Shown here piece after piece: positions 31,801 to 40,601 of a stretch of DNA of 64,000 bases. The stretch is from Candidatus Latescibacterota bacterium (GTDB taxonomy: Bacteria; Latescibacterota; UBA2968; GCA-2709665). The translations under genes were made by a program, and so were the position numbers. Below the pieces are notes generated by a model. The model did no database searches and was not told the DNA's origin. It saw nothing but the letters and a program-made list of their open reading frames with translations. Every line of letters begins with the position of its first letter. Position 1 is the first letter of the stretch. The stretch covers positions 192,001-256,000 of the forward strand of contig CBDDDZ010000003.1 of NCBI GenBank assembly GCA_965226795.1, written 5' to 3'.

Positions 31801-32232
31801 ACCGCGTCTGCGGTCGCGAAACCCATCCAGTGTCTCAGGGGTGACAAAGATGCGCGGGTGGTCCGGCATTGTGTCGAGAATGTGTTCTGTCGGGGGTACG
31901 GGAAGCGGGACCGATTCGGTCGTGATGCGAAAGCTGCGGACCGGTCCGGATCGGGATTCCTCGCCTTCGGAGGTGACCGCGAAGTGTCGCCAGTACCACG
32001 TTCCGTAGGCCAGTTCGATCGACGGATTGTAAAATGGCATGTCAATTCCCGTGCAGCGGATGACCTCCTTCCGGAAGCCGGGATTCCTGCAGAACTCCAC
32101 GATGTACGTGGCGGCCCTGTCATCTGCGCGCCAGATCATGGAAGGGGGATTCTGGACCACGACGGCGCCGTCGGCGGGTGTAATCGGCGGGTGGCGGTCC
32201 GGCGGCGGCGACGTATCGACGGCAAAAGCCAT
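28810..32232 (-). CDS. DUF4962/heparinase II/III-like lyase with C-terminal carbohydrate-binding-like module
   Basis: QNPPSMIW and HPRIF at the N-terminus; SHAHQDQNGF.I..GGE.L..DAGYY, AHNSVLVNG; C-terminal NLL.NGGFE...DAVEG module. Confidence 0.78.
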   Translation of the reverse strand: MAFAVDTSPPPDRHPPITPADGAVVVQNPPSMIWRADDRAATYIVEFCRNPGFRKEVIRCTGIDMPFYNPSIELAYGTWYWRHFAVTSEGEESRSGPVRSFRITTESVPLPVPPTEHILDTMPDHPRIFVTPETLDGFRDRRRGPGIEAWQHLRYRADTLTQTEPPGLNLQSVSTNLGEQRGLVFHLNGGRLAFPVNYQINELKKGADNVNALSFAYLISGNEEYAEAARRWMAFLSNFRVDIHLEDRGQHDTVVYCYEFGLKGMALAYDRLYTLLKPEERASVLEHIVFHCEAAYKWIREGVQIHLNYQNSHGQQCMHALLTTVLAVATETVQTRQWADYLIRQYANRVAWGSSDGGYTEGQKYGHKVQFILEALAALKTATGLDVFREPRWQNTGAFWLYCMSLNYWWNHWGDCYSLIDPNFGSDADTYVSAFLAAMTGDPTVKWWSDTRVCNPVHLPLQYLSDSGVPSRPPVDIAQARLFPDVGQLAAYDRFYDHGSTRIFFRSSPWGDHSHAHQDQNGFVIHAGGEILCCDAGYYTYSGDTYHSQWSRTTQAHNSVLVNGEGQCRGIAHKGKITAFFNTPDACLFTGDASGAYGELLQKFHRHVLFIRPDVFVIFDDLKAPEPREYTWTLNTFERADINESSQSMTVRQRDKRLLVQHLTDRPLKYAQNNDRPFPLKTRDWCRFTEAFPQQWNIRATTEKRASAKILSVINTFGKTAGAGVNDIRRVDADGAEAVQFQCENGSEYVLFRTRRGGKIAGAGIETDASVANISHRGDRLHRWLLHGGTRLSLDGEILLIADAECDAAANYIPGSAGAQIHVRHQTQVRLSVHIRRAPGSVLISPPDRPQNAKPIDYTWRDGKVEVKLSGAGESVLWIDPVADLAAPTKPLQLTLTVEGSRQTVGLQTAIADNGDMIAFGDIAPRVPGIYELTADDAELLVQDRWDPDLSVRGTGCATACLREGAEVFVRYPPAGRPRLRASLVESHKGRLINLLCNGGFEAGIVDYPPRYWNVQHPRTHDPGWPAWSTEDAVEGGACLKFTRPRDAISLKSRPMRLRTAGRYHLRFKARGSATHAHVSVSGQQDTHLVVPVRPSQAWTEYRAELDVQPGYTIVSIAFDRGGEPDQILWMDEMEFGYLA

Positions 32233-32467
32233 GCGCTGGTTTCCAATTTAAGATCGACGTAAAAGGGTTCGGGACCTGCTCAGGCAGTACGCATCGGCCC
32301 CGGCGACGATCAACAGATGCATCCGTGCCCGGCACGGATTCGCTATGCTCAGCCGCAACCAAAACTGTAAAACGCAATTATGCGCGGCCGAAAGAAGGTA
32401 AAATCGTCCCGTACTAACGATGTGCTCGGCACAATATAGCATCCCCCGTGTGCTGCGGGCAAGCGCC

Positions 32468-32496
32468 TTGACATGCCGACGGTACAGGGGTATCTT
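32468..32496 (+). promoter_or_regulatory. sigma70-like promoter of the lipoprotein-DUF350-SDR-spermidine synthase operon
   Basis: TTGACA-17 nt-TATCTT. Confidence 0.6.
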
Positions 32497-32634
32497 TGCA
32501 AGAGAGGCGAAAACGCGATATGCGCTCATCACGCCGGTGGTGTCCCGACCACATCAACGGACTTCTGATATCTTTGAATATCCGTGTCTTGGTGCAAGAC
32601 ACGTTTCCCCAGACTTGCGTTTGAGGAGATGCTT

Positions 32635-33321
32635 ATGAAACAGTTTCGATGGCCGGTGATCGTATTCACTGTACTCTGGATTGGGGGGTGCGGCGCGCGG
32701 GATCCCGTTAAGGAAATGCAGAAAAGCCTGGCAAACGCGCCCGAGTATATGATCATTCTGGAAGATATGAGAGAAGTGGGTACATTCTCCACGGACTATT
32801 ACCATAAGTATACGGTGGTGCAGGGAAAGCGGCGGCGCACGACGGATTGGATCGAGGTACCCTACAAGGTTTATCGCCGGCACCAGGCGTTTCTTGGTAT
32901 GGCCATTGTGGCCAAATCCGACAAAGGGGTGAACAATACGCCCCATCCGCCCGGATACCACTATGTCGGAAACTCGCGTTACGGGCAGTGGAATCAAGGA
33001 AGCGGAGGGAGTTTCTGGGCGTTCTACGGTCAATACGCGATGATGCGGAGTTTAATGGGTGGGGGCTACGGGCAGCAAATATACCGGAACGACTACGCCG
33101 ACTATCGCGGCAACCGCGATCGACGGCGGCCGTACTATGGGCGCAACCGCGAGTACGGTACCGAAGGGTCGGTCACCAAGAAGCAGAGGCCGGCGTTTTA
33201 CCAGCGCCGGCAACAGGCGATGGCAAACAGGCAGCGGTCCTTCTCCCAGAGGGTCAGGGACCGGTCCGGTCGCAGCAGGTCGGGCTTTGGCAGCCGCAGC
33301 AGAGGGGGGTTTGGAAAATGA
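32635..33321 (+). CDS. lipoprotein with Arg/Gly/Ser-rich tail (YjfM/DUF1190-like role in PspA neighbourhoods)
   Basis: GAGGAG RBS, lipobox IGGC, C-terminal SRSGFGSRSRGGFGK; ATGA overlap with the DUF350 gene. Confidence 0.7.
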   Translation: MKQFRWPVIVFTVLWIGGCGARDPVKEMQKSLANAPEYMIILEDMREVGTFSTDYYHKYTVVQGKRRRTTDWIEVPYKVYRRHQAFLGMAIVAKSDKGVNNTPHPPGYHYVGNSRYGQWNQGSGGSFWAFYGQYAMMRSLMGGGYGQQIYRNDYADYRGNRDRRRPYYGRNREYGTEGSVTKKQRPAFYQRRQQAMANRQRSFSQRVRDRSGRSRSGFGSRSRGGFGK

Positions 33322-34163
33322 TGTGGGACAGTTTGCTGGAATCGGGGATTTACCTGGTCTGCGCGTATGTATTGTTCTGGATTGGCAAGCTGGTATACGA
33401 CTGGACCACGCCGAGCTACCACGTGAAGGAAGAACTTGTCGAGAAAGACAACACCGCCCTGTCGGTGGCAATGGTGGGGTATTTTTTCGGACTGGTGATG
33501 GCCATAGGAGGCGTGATTTCCGGGCCGTCGCATGGGCTGGAGATTGACCTGATCGACGTACTCATTTACGGACCGCTGTCGATCGTGCTGATGAATCTGT
33601 CGCGGATCATCAACGACCGGTTGATCCTGCACCAGTTCTCGGTTCGGGATGAAATTATCCGGGATCAGAATGCCGGTACGGGAGCCGTTGTGTGCGCCTC
33701 GTACATCGCCACGGGTCTGGTGATTTTCGGTGCCGTGTCGGGCGAACTGGGGGGCGTGGGCACAACGGTCGTGTTCTGGGTGCTGGGACAGGCGGCGCTG
33801 GTGCTGGCGGGCGTTGTCTACAACTGGGTGACGCCTTACAATCTGCATGCGGAAATCGAACGGGACAACGTGGCGGCGGGCGTGGCTTTTGCGGGCGCAC
33901 TGGTAGGTATCGGAATTGTGGTGCGGCACGCGGTTGCCGGAGACTTGATTTCCTGGACAACGAGCCTGCAGGACTTCGCGCTTGAGGTGGTCCTCGGGAT
34001 GGTTCTGCTGATCGTAGTCCGGATTGCCACGGACAAAATCCTGTTGCCGGGCTTGAACCTGTCGGCGGAAATCTCGGATCCCGAGAAGCCGCACCTGGGC
34101 GCCGGATTTATAGAAGCGTTTTCGTACGTCGGCGCGTCGCTGCTGATCGTATGGGCCTTATAG
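33318..34163 (+). CDS. DUF350 membrane protein (duplicated domain)
   Basis: Repeated EL.EKDN.A, EII.DQNAG.G and EIERDNVAAG motifs; highly hydrophobic. Confidence 0.85.
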   Translation: MMWDSLLESGIYLVCAYVLFWIGKLVYDWTTPSYHVKEELVEKDNTALSVAMVGYFFGLVMAIGGVISGPSHGLEIDLIDVLIYGPLSIVLMNLSRIINDRLILHQFSVRDEIIRDQNAGTGAVVCASYIATGLVIFGAVSGELGGVGTTVVFWVLGQAALVLAGVVYNWVTPYNLHAEIERDNVAAGVAFAGALVGIGIVVRHAVAGDLISWTTSLQDFALEVVLGMVLLIVVRIATDKILLPGLNLSAEISDPEKPHLGAGFIEAFSYVGASLLIVWAL

Positions 34164-34174
34164 AAAAGGGTACG

Positions 34175-34975
34175 ATGGGAAATCGCCTGAAGGACAAGGT
34201 CGCGATCGTGACCGGTGCAGGGGCGGTCGGGCCCGGTTGGGGTAACGGCAAGGCGGCGGCGGCTCTCTTTGCGCGAGAAGGTGCCCGTGTATTCGCCGTG
34301 GACATCAATTCGGAGGCTGCGGAGGAGACCCGTGACATTATCGTGCGTGAGGGAGGGGAATGTACGGCACACACAGCGGATGTGTCGCGGTCGGAAGACG
34401 TGGAAGCCATGGTCGGGCGGTGCCTCGAGGCATACGATCGTGTCGACGTCTTGCACAACAATGTCGGCATTCTGCATGTGGGCGGTTGCGTTGAACTCAG
34501 CGAGGCAACCTGGGATCGCGTGGTCGACGTGAATCTCAAGAGTATGTTCCTGACCTGTAAGCACGTACTTCCCCAGATGGAACGCCAGGGCGGAGGGGCG
34601 ATTGTGAATATTTCTTCCATTACGTCGATCCGCTGGCTGGGCGTGCCCTATGTTTCCTATAGCGCGACCAAGGGTGGGGTGAATCAACTCACCCAGAGTA
34701 TCGCCATGCAGTATGCAAGGAAGAATATCCGCGCCAACTCAATACTGCCCGGATTCATGAATACGCCCATGGTGGCGAAATCCCTTGCCGAATTCTACGC
34801 GAAAGGCGACGTGGAGAAGATGATTGAAATCCGCGACAATCAGTGTCCCATGGGCCGGATGGGCGATGCCTGGGACGTGGCTTACGCCGCCTTGTATCTG
34901 GCTTCGGACGAGGCGAAATACGTCACCGGCGCCGAACTCGTCGTGGACGGTGGGCTGACGTGTAAGGCTGTATAG
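34175..34975 (+). CDS. short-chain dehydrogenase/reductase
   Basis: IVTGAG......GNG, NNVG, YSATK, VTGAELVVDGG. Confidence 0.93.
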   Translation: MGNRLKDKVAIVTGAGAVGPGWGNGKAAAALFAREGARVFAVDINSEAAEETRDIIVREGGECTAHTADVSRSEDVEAMVGRCLEAYDRVDVLHNNVGILHVGGCVELSEATWDRVVDVNLKSMFLTCKHVLPQMERQGGGAIVNISSITSIRWLGVPYVSYSATKGGVNQLTQSIAMQYARKNIRANSILPGFMNTPMVAKSLAEFYAKGDVEKMIEIRDNQCPMGRMGDAWDVAYAALYLASDEAKYVTGAELVVDGGLTCKAV

Positions 34976-34996
34976 CGGGGGACAGAAGAAGAGGGT

Positions 34997-36601
34997 ATGG
35001 CGGCAAAAAACAGCGTCCCCGAAGACTGTGGAGCCAGCGAAGCGACCCATGCGGTAACGCCGGGCGGTTCGGGAAGAGGCCGGCTGTTGAAGGCGTGTCT
35101 GTTCGCGACCGGCCTGTCGGGTATCGTATCGGAATTCGTGCTGTCCACGCTGGCCAGCTACCTGCTGGGAAACACGACGTTGCAGTGGACGCTGGTGATG
35201 TCGTTGATGTTCTTTACGATGGGGCTCGGAAGCCGGCTGAGCCGGTACCTTTCGGAGCGGTTACTGGACCGGTTTATTGCAATTGAGTTCATTCTTTCGG
35301 CGCTGTGTACAACATCCGCCGCAGCGGCCTATTGGGGTACGGCGTTCGTCGGAGAGGCGAGCGCCGTTATTTATGGTTATGCTGGAGCGATAGGATTTCT
35401 GATTGGCCTGGAGATTCCACTGGTAACGCGCATGAATAACGCCTATGAGGTGCTGCGAACCAATATCGCGTCCGTCATGGAGAAGGACTACTACGGCGCA
35501 CTGGCGGGTGGGTTGCTATTTGCGTTTTTCGCGTTGCCGAAGCTGGGTCTGACCTATACGCCCATCGCCCTGGGAACCGTGAATTTCGCTGTCGCCTCCG
35601 CGCTGCTGTGGCGATATCGAGGCCTGCTGGTGCGGCGCCGGGCGCTGATCGCCGCGTTCTGGGTCACCGCGGCCGGACTGGTCGCCCTGGGCGCATACAT
35701 GAAGCCGATTGTGCGGTTCGGCGAGCAGAGCCGACATCGAGACCGCGTGATTTTCGAGACGCAAACCCCCTATCAGCGGATTGTGATGACGGAGTGGAAA
35801 GGGTATCACTGGCTGTACCTGAACGGCGGAATGCAATTCAGCACGTACGACGAAGAACGTTACCACGAACCACTCGTGCATCCGGCAATGGGATTGGCGG
35901 CATCCAGGGAGCGGGTGCTGATTCTGGGTGGGGGCGATGGACTGGCGCTCCGGGAAGTATTGAAATACGGCGACGTAAAACGTGTGACACTGGTGGACCT
36001 GGACCCGGAAGTGATCCGGCTGGCGCGAACCCATCCTGTGTTCATTGAGGCCAATGCAGGGGCGCTGGACGATGAACGTGTCGAAGTCGTCAACCGGGAC
36101 GCGGGGCGGTTTCTGGCAGACGCCGAGGAAATTTATGATGTCATTCTGGTTGATTTGCCGGACCCCAAGGGGCCGGACCTCGCGCGATTATATGCAAAGG
36201 AGTTCTATACGGCCTGCAAACGGCATCTCTCCCGGTACGGAATTCTCGTGACGCAGAGTTCAAGTCCTCTCCACGCCAGACGGGCGTTTCTGTGCGTTTA
36301 CCAGACCCTGAAGGCGGCAGGGTTCCATGTCGTGCCCTATCACAACGCGATTCCGACCATGGGAGATTGGGGATGGCAACTGGGCATGAAGGCGGAGGTG
36401 ATTAAGGAACCGGACTTGAAGCGGCGGGCACTCGCGCTGAATTTTTCAGACGTCGAAACGGTCTTCCTGAACCGCGAGGCGATGGCGGGCATGTTGCATT
36501 TCTGGAAGGGGATGTTCGATGACATCTCCAACGTGGCGGTAAACACGGAACTTGCGCCTGTGGTAGACAGTTATTACAGGGAAGGAGAGTGGGGCTGGTA
36601 A
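34997..36601 (+). CDS. speE: membrane-anchored polyamine aminopropyltransferase (spermidine synthase-like)
   Basis: Multi-TM N-terminus with GLEIPL and DY.GAL.GG; QTPYQ, QFS..DE.RYHE.LVHP, VLILGGGDG...RE, VDLDP, DLPDP. Confidence 0.88.
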   Translation: MAAKNSVPEDCGASEATHAVTPGGSGRGRLLKACLFATGLSGIVSEFVLSTLASYLLGNTTLQWTLVMSLMFFTMGLGSRLSRYLSERLLDRFIAIEFILSALCTTSAAAAYWGTAFVGEASAVIYGYAGAIGFLIGLEIPLVTRMNNAYEVLRTNIASVMEKDYYGALAGGLLFAFFALPKLGLTYTPIALGTVNFAVASALLWRYRGLLVRRRALIAAFWVTAAGLVALGAYMKPIVRFGEQSRHRDRVIFETQTPYQRIVMTEWKGYHWLYLNGGMQFSTYDEERYHEPLVHPAMGLAASRERVLILGGGDGLALREVLKYGDVKRVTLVDLDPEVIRLARTHPVFIEANAGALDDERVEVVNRDAGRFLADAEEIYDVILVDLPDPKGPDLARLYAKEFYTACKRHLSRYGILVTQSSSPLHARRAFLCVYQTLKAAGFHVVPYHNAIPTMGDWGWQLGMKAEVIKEPDLKRRALALNFSDVETVFLNREAMAGMLHFWKGMFDDISNVAVNTELAPVVDSYYREGEWGW

Positions 36602-36831
36602 ACGCGAATTTCGGTGATAAGGTAGACGTTAGAGGACCATCCCCGGCCCCAGTGGTCTTTCGCACTCTGCCTTTTCTCACGTCTTCCGTCTAGCTTCTCA
36701 CTGCCTTTCGTGGTTGCCCACATCCTGGCGTTGACAATGGCAATTGACCACGCTGGTCCGTATCGTTAACCGAATTCAGCTGATTACTGTTAGCTGACGG
36801 CTGTTTTTCCTGATCGCTGACTGCTGCCCGC

Positions 36832-37085
36832 TAATTGCTGCTCGTACCCAGAAAGCCACGCAGAGTTCGAACGCGATGCCTTTCGAGAGGACTTCCAGAG
36901 CATAGCGCGAGGTTTCGTCCAGCACCGGGTACCGATGTTTTTCCGTGGCTGGCAGGGCAGCAGGTCATGTGCAACCCGTGAGGCAATTTGCGCTGTGCAT
37001 ATGGCAGGCCCCGCGCCTAGCGGCGACTTTTGGTTCCTTTTGGTCGCGTCAAAAGGAACTCGCCGAAGGCAGGAAATATGGGGGA
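36832..37085 (+). repeat. ~250 bp dispersed element with conserved 3' hairpin (copy 1)
   Basis: Aligns end to end with 40885-41136; GTTCCTTTTG/CAAAAGGAAC stem. Confidence 0.8.
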
Positions 37086-37149
37086 AGTGGTTTTTTCGCT
37101 TTTGGCTGATTGCTGATAGTTTGTTGTTAAACCAGAAAGAGTTCGTACA

Positions 37150-37821
37150 ATGGACTTTGACGAAATCAAACACCGTCTCTCCCGCCTGGACACCGCGTGC
37201 GTCTGCGATGGATATAAGGCGCTCCATAAACCCGTCAGGGCCGTCGACCCCGCTGTCCGGTCCATCACGCCCGGCCTCCGCCTGATCGGGCGCGCGCATA
37301 CGGTGACCTGCCGCGAGGACTTTCTGACCGTGATCCTGGCCCTGCGCGATGCCTTGCCAGGGGAGGTCCTGGTGATCGATTCTCAGGGGAGCCGGAAGGC
37401 GCTGACCGGGGAACTGTTTCCTACCGAGGCGAGGCGCAAGGGGCTGGCCGGGATCGTCAACGACGGACCGTGCAGGGATACGGCCGCCATTCGTCGGTTG
37501 GGATTTCCCTATTTCGCACGGTCGGTCAACCCGGTTGCCGGAACAACGGATAGGCTCTTCGAGACGCAGATCCCGATTTCATGCGGCGGCGTTCGCGTTC
37601 ATCCGGGCGAGATCGTTTTCGGAGACGACGACGGACTGATCGTAGCGGCTGACGAGGAGATAGCCGAGGTGATACCCATTGCGGAAGGGGTACAGAGGAA
37701 AGAGGCGCGCCTGCTTGCGGAAATGGAAAAAGGCGTGAGTCTGATCGAGATGCTGAACGTCGACGAACACTGCGCAAAAATACGCGCCGGCCAGGAGAGC
37801 AGATTGCGGTTCCTGGTCTGA
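37150..37821 (+). CDS. RraA/HMG aldolase family protein
   Basis: TACVCD, GRAHTV, PGEVLVID, GEL, DGPCRD, GEIVFGDDDG. Confidence 0.88.
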   Translation: MDFDEIKHRLSRLDTACVCDGYKALHKPVRAVDPAVRSITPGLRLIGRAHTVTCREDFLTVILALRDALPGEVLVIDSQGSRKALTGELFPTEARRKGLAGIVNDGPCRDTAAIRRLGFPYFARSVNPVAGTTDRLFETQIPISCGGVRVHPGEIVFGDDDGLIVAADEEIAEVIPIAEGVQRKEARLLAEMEKGVSLIEMLNVDEHCAKIRAGQESRLRFLV

Positions 37822-37842
37822 CCGGATAGAGTGACAATGGGA

Positions 37843-37880
37843 AAAGGGCTTACGACAACTGTCGTAAGCCCTTTCCTTTT
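37843..37880. terminator. bidirectional terminator between convergent operons
   Basis: Perfect 14-bp stem AAAGGGCTTACGAC-aact-GTCGTAAGCCCTTT with A-rich and T-rich flanks. Confidence 0.8.
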
Positions 37881-37896
37881 CTCAAAGCTGCAATGT

Positions 37897-38430
37897 CTAT
37901 TCGGATGGCAGGATGTCGCTGAACTGGTATTCCTCTACGATTTCGCCGATCGAGGCTTCGAAGTCGTCCTCGCCCCACTGTTCGATGGACAGGGTCTTTC
38001 GTTCGGAATCGTCCAGGTAATCCCAGACGATCAATTCCCGCGGAGGGTCTGCTCCGTCTTTGTAAAATTCGCCGGCGTCGGAGGATTCCGCGAAATAGGT
38101 GACGCCGTTGCAGGTTACCTCTTCAGGCGGGTCTTCGTGTTCGACGACGTGGGACTGCGGGTCGCCGTCAATCCGGGAGATAGGCACCTTGCGTGAAAGG
38201 GTCCAGCAAAGGCCGTCATCCTCCTCCCGTTCCAGGTACACGACGTCATCGGCGCAGGTCAATTCCCATTCGTCCACGCGGTCTCCGTCGTAATCGTAAT
38301 AATTCTGTGCGGTGACCTTCCAGGTCTTGAGGTCATAATCGACCACGTAACCGGGCTTGAGGTCGGACAGTGTGAAGTCGACCACAGGGTCGGATTCGTC
38401 CCTTTTTTTCTTGAAGGGATTCCAGCTCAT
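37897..38430 (-). CDS. DUF4178 domain protein
   Basis: DLKPG..VDYD.KTW.V, EW.L, YLE.EEDD, WDY......LSIEQWG; directly downstream of pspA. Confidence 0.78.
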   Translation of the reverse strand: MSWNPFKKKRDESDPVVDFTLSDLKPGYVVDYDLKTWKVTAQNYYDYDGDRVDEWELTCADDVVYLEREEDDGLCWTLSRKVPISRIDGDPQSHVVEHEDPPEEVTCNGVTYFAESSDAGEFYKDGADPPRELIVWDYLDDSERKTLSIEQWGEDDFEASIGEIVEEYQFSDILPSE

Positions 38431-38487
38431 GGGATCACCACCTCCGCACCAGGTACCTGAATTCCCGGCGACGACGAAGTGCCGGAT

Positions 38488-39189
38488 TTACGCTTGAATT
38501 CCCATTTTACTTTTAAGTTCGGCCAGTTTGTCGGAGCCGGGGTTCTTTTCCTCTAACGCGGAGTCGATCTCTTCGTCCACACTCTTGGAAGCGTCGGCCA
38601 CCTCGCCGTAGGCCTGCGACAGGGACTCGTCTTCTTCCACCCGCTCCTTCATGCGTTCGAGCATGGCAAGCGTGCCGTGAGAGTCCACTTTCGCGAGTTG
38701 CTTGTTGATCTTCTTTGTTGCCGCGGCCGTCCGGGCCCGGGCACGCAGCGTCACCAGGTCGTTTTCGTATCCGGCCACGGAGGATTTGAGTTTGTCCACC
38801 TGGGTCTGCAGCTGAGCGGCCATTTCCTCCTGCTGTTTGGCGCTCTGGTTAAGCGTGGCGGCCCGGTTCACGTTTTCCTCTTTACGAGCGAGCGCTTCCC
38901 CGGCAAGGCGGTCGGCTTCGGTATCGTCGATATCGTTATTCTGGGCCTTTTGAAGCAGCGCCATGGCTTTGCGTTCATAGTCTGCCGCGGCCTTCTTGCT
39001 GTCCGATGCCTGTTTACGCAACCGGATGCCCTGCCCTTTGACTTCGGCGAGACTGGTCATGGCGTCACTCAGATCTTTCTTGAGATCCCGGATGCCCTGT
39101 TCCGTCAGGCGAATCGGATCTTCGAATTTGTCGATGGCAGCGTGTACTTCGGCTTGACCCACGCGAAATATGCGTTGAAAGATGCCCAT
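38488..39189 (-). CDS. pspA: PspA/IM30 (ESCRT-III-like) family protein
   Basis: MGIFQRI amphipathic N-terminus, EDP...TEQ.IRD, long coiled coil, ERMKERVE..E, LAELKSKMG. Confidence 0.9.
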   Translation of the reverse strand: MGIFQRIFRVGQAEVHAAIDKFEDPIRLTEQGIRDLKKDLSDAMTSLAEVKGQGIRLRKQASDSKKAAADYERKAMALLQKAQNNDIDDTEADRLAGEALARKEENVNRAATLNQSAKQQEEMAAQLQTQVDKLKSSVAGYENDLVTLRARARTAAATKKINKQLAKVDSHGTLAMLERMKERVEEDESLSQAYGEVADASKSVDEEIDSALEEKNPGSDKLAELKSKMGIQA

Positions 39190-39280
39190 GGCGTACTCCT
39201 GTCTGATATGAAATTCAGAGGCCGGGGATCGGAAAACGTAACGGATTGCATCTCCGTGGGTTCGATCCCCACTCTCACTA

Positions 39281-39673
39281 TTATTTGCTGTAACTCAAGA
39301 GTTCTTCGGCGTTCTCGCCCAGGGCCAGGCCCAGCGCGCTGACCGTGCCTTCGATTTCCGCCCGGTCCAGCGTATCGAGGCGAAGTGTATCACGGAACAG
39401 AACGGTTCCGGTTTCCTCGTCGAGGGCGAAGGCGCCGTGGATGAGTGTCCGGTTTAATTCCAGCAGACGCTTGTAGAGGTCGCCGGGGTTTTTCGGGATA
39501 GGCATGATGGCCTGTTCCAGGATGAGAATGGGATCTTCACAGTCGACAATGAGCCGGTGGATCCCCCGGTCTTCGTCGGTGACGACCACCAGTTCCTCGC
39601 CGGAATCTTCTTCTTCAATGACCAGCTCGAGGTCCTGAAGATAGGCTTTGACGGTATCAAAGTGCCGCGACAT
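39281..39673 (-). CDS. CesT/YbjN-like (type III chaperone fold) protein
   Basis: LIVDCEDPILILEQ, LLELNRTLIHGAFALD, FRDTL.L.TLD; directly upstream of pspA. Confidence 0.78.
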   Translation of the reverse strand: MSRHFDTVKAYLQDLELVIEEEDSGEELVVVTDEDRGIHRLIVDCEDPILILEQAIMPIPKNPGDLYKRLLELNRTLIHGAFALDEETGTVLFRDTLRLDTLDRAEIEGTVSALGLALGENAEELLSYSK

Positions 39674-39765
39674 GAAAACTCCTTTGAAATTGCGCTGACA
39701 AGAACTGACCGCTCGTTCGTAAATATATGATTCTCAAGAGTGTATTTTGTTTCAAAAAAAACTTC

Positions 39766-40176
39766 TCAGATATTCAGCATCTTCCCCACGCGGGCGGCGA
39801 GGGACTCGGGCGTTGCGGGCTTTTCCAGGATATGCCCGTGTGAGATACCGAGACCGGCAAGTTCCTCCAGGCGATCCGGACCTGGGATTTCGATGAGAAC
39901 CAGCATTGGAAGACGGGCGAGCATTTTTCGAATGAAACGAATGCAATCGGGCCCGCTGATTTCCGGTAGATCGTATGCGAGAATGACGAGGGCGTACGCC
40001 CTGGGATTTTCGGCGAGGGTTTCCAGGGCGCTGCGACCGTCGGTGACCACGTCCAGTTCGACGTTCCGATGATCGAACAGACCACCGGCGAGGGCCATGG
40101 CTGTAGGTCCATCTTCCGCGAGCAGAATTCTGGGCAAACCAGGGACCGTCTTTAATTCGGGTTGACTCCGGGTCAT
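39766..40176 (-). CDS. single-domain response-regulator receiver lacking the phosphoacceptor Asp
   Basis: ILLAED, DG.SAL, LVILAYDLPEISG, ILEKP receiver pattern. Confidence 0.7.
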   Translation of the reverse strand: MTRSQPELKTVPGLPRILLAEDGPTAMALAGGLFDHRNVELDVVTDGRSALETLAENPRAYALVILAYDLPEISGPDCIRFIRKMLARLPMLVLIEIPGPDRLEELAGLGISHGHILEKPATPESLAARVGKMLNI

Positions 40177-40349
40177 ACATCCGGGTGACAAATATACGGA
40201 ATTCGCCAGATGGGCCAACCATTTTCTTTTTTTGATAGGCATTGTCATCCGGCCGCACCCGCCGGAGGCATGGTGAAACTGGGAAAACAGCGAATGATTG
40301 GGTTGTGCTCGGGGTCTGTGAGGTCATTTTTCTCTCTTCTCCTTGTTTT

Positions 40350-40550
40350 TTCTTTTTTTACGTCCTTTTTCTTTCTCGCCAAAGAAAAAGGACCAAAAAG
40401 AACGGCGCCGTTCGGCACGGGGCCGGTTTTTACACGAATCTCCTCTCGGGTAAATGCAGGCGCCTGTGCCCTGCGGGCGGGAAAGGCTACCCCAAGCGTC
40501 GGTGCTGTACGGATTAACGCGTAAAAACCCCCCACACCGCCACCGGGCGG
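40350..40550 (-). repeat. hairpin element related to the 36832/40885 family and partly to 3415-3452
   Basis: Reverse complement CGGCGCCGTTCTTTTTGGTCCTTTTCTTTGGCGAGAAAGAAAAAGGAC; GGAT.AAC.CG.AAAAACCCC.CACC segment shared with ~3417. Confidence 0.5.
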
Positions 40551-40601
40551 CCGTGAGCTATACCGGAAAGGATCGGCGCTCGGTCTTGCGTTTGTACCGC
40601 C

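Noticed and set aside
32847..33317. N-terminal extension of the DUF350 ORF
   Set aside because: Out-of-frame overlap with the lipoprotein gene; the ATGA coupling at 33318 is the likely start.
36880..37000. Minus-strand frame with an in-frame TGA and a KHRYPVL string resembling IS200 TnpA
   Set aside because: No HUH or catalytic Tyr context, not conserved in the second copy, and no SECIS evident.
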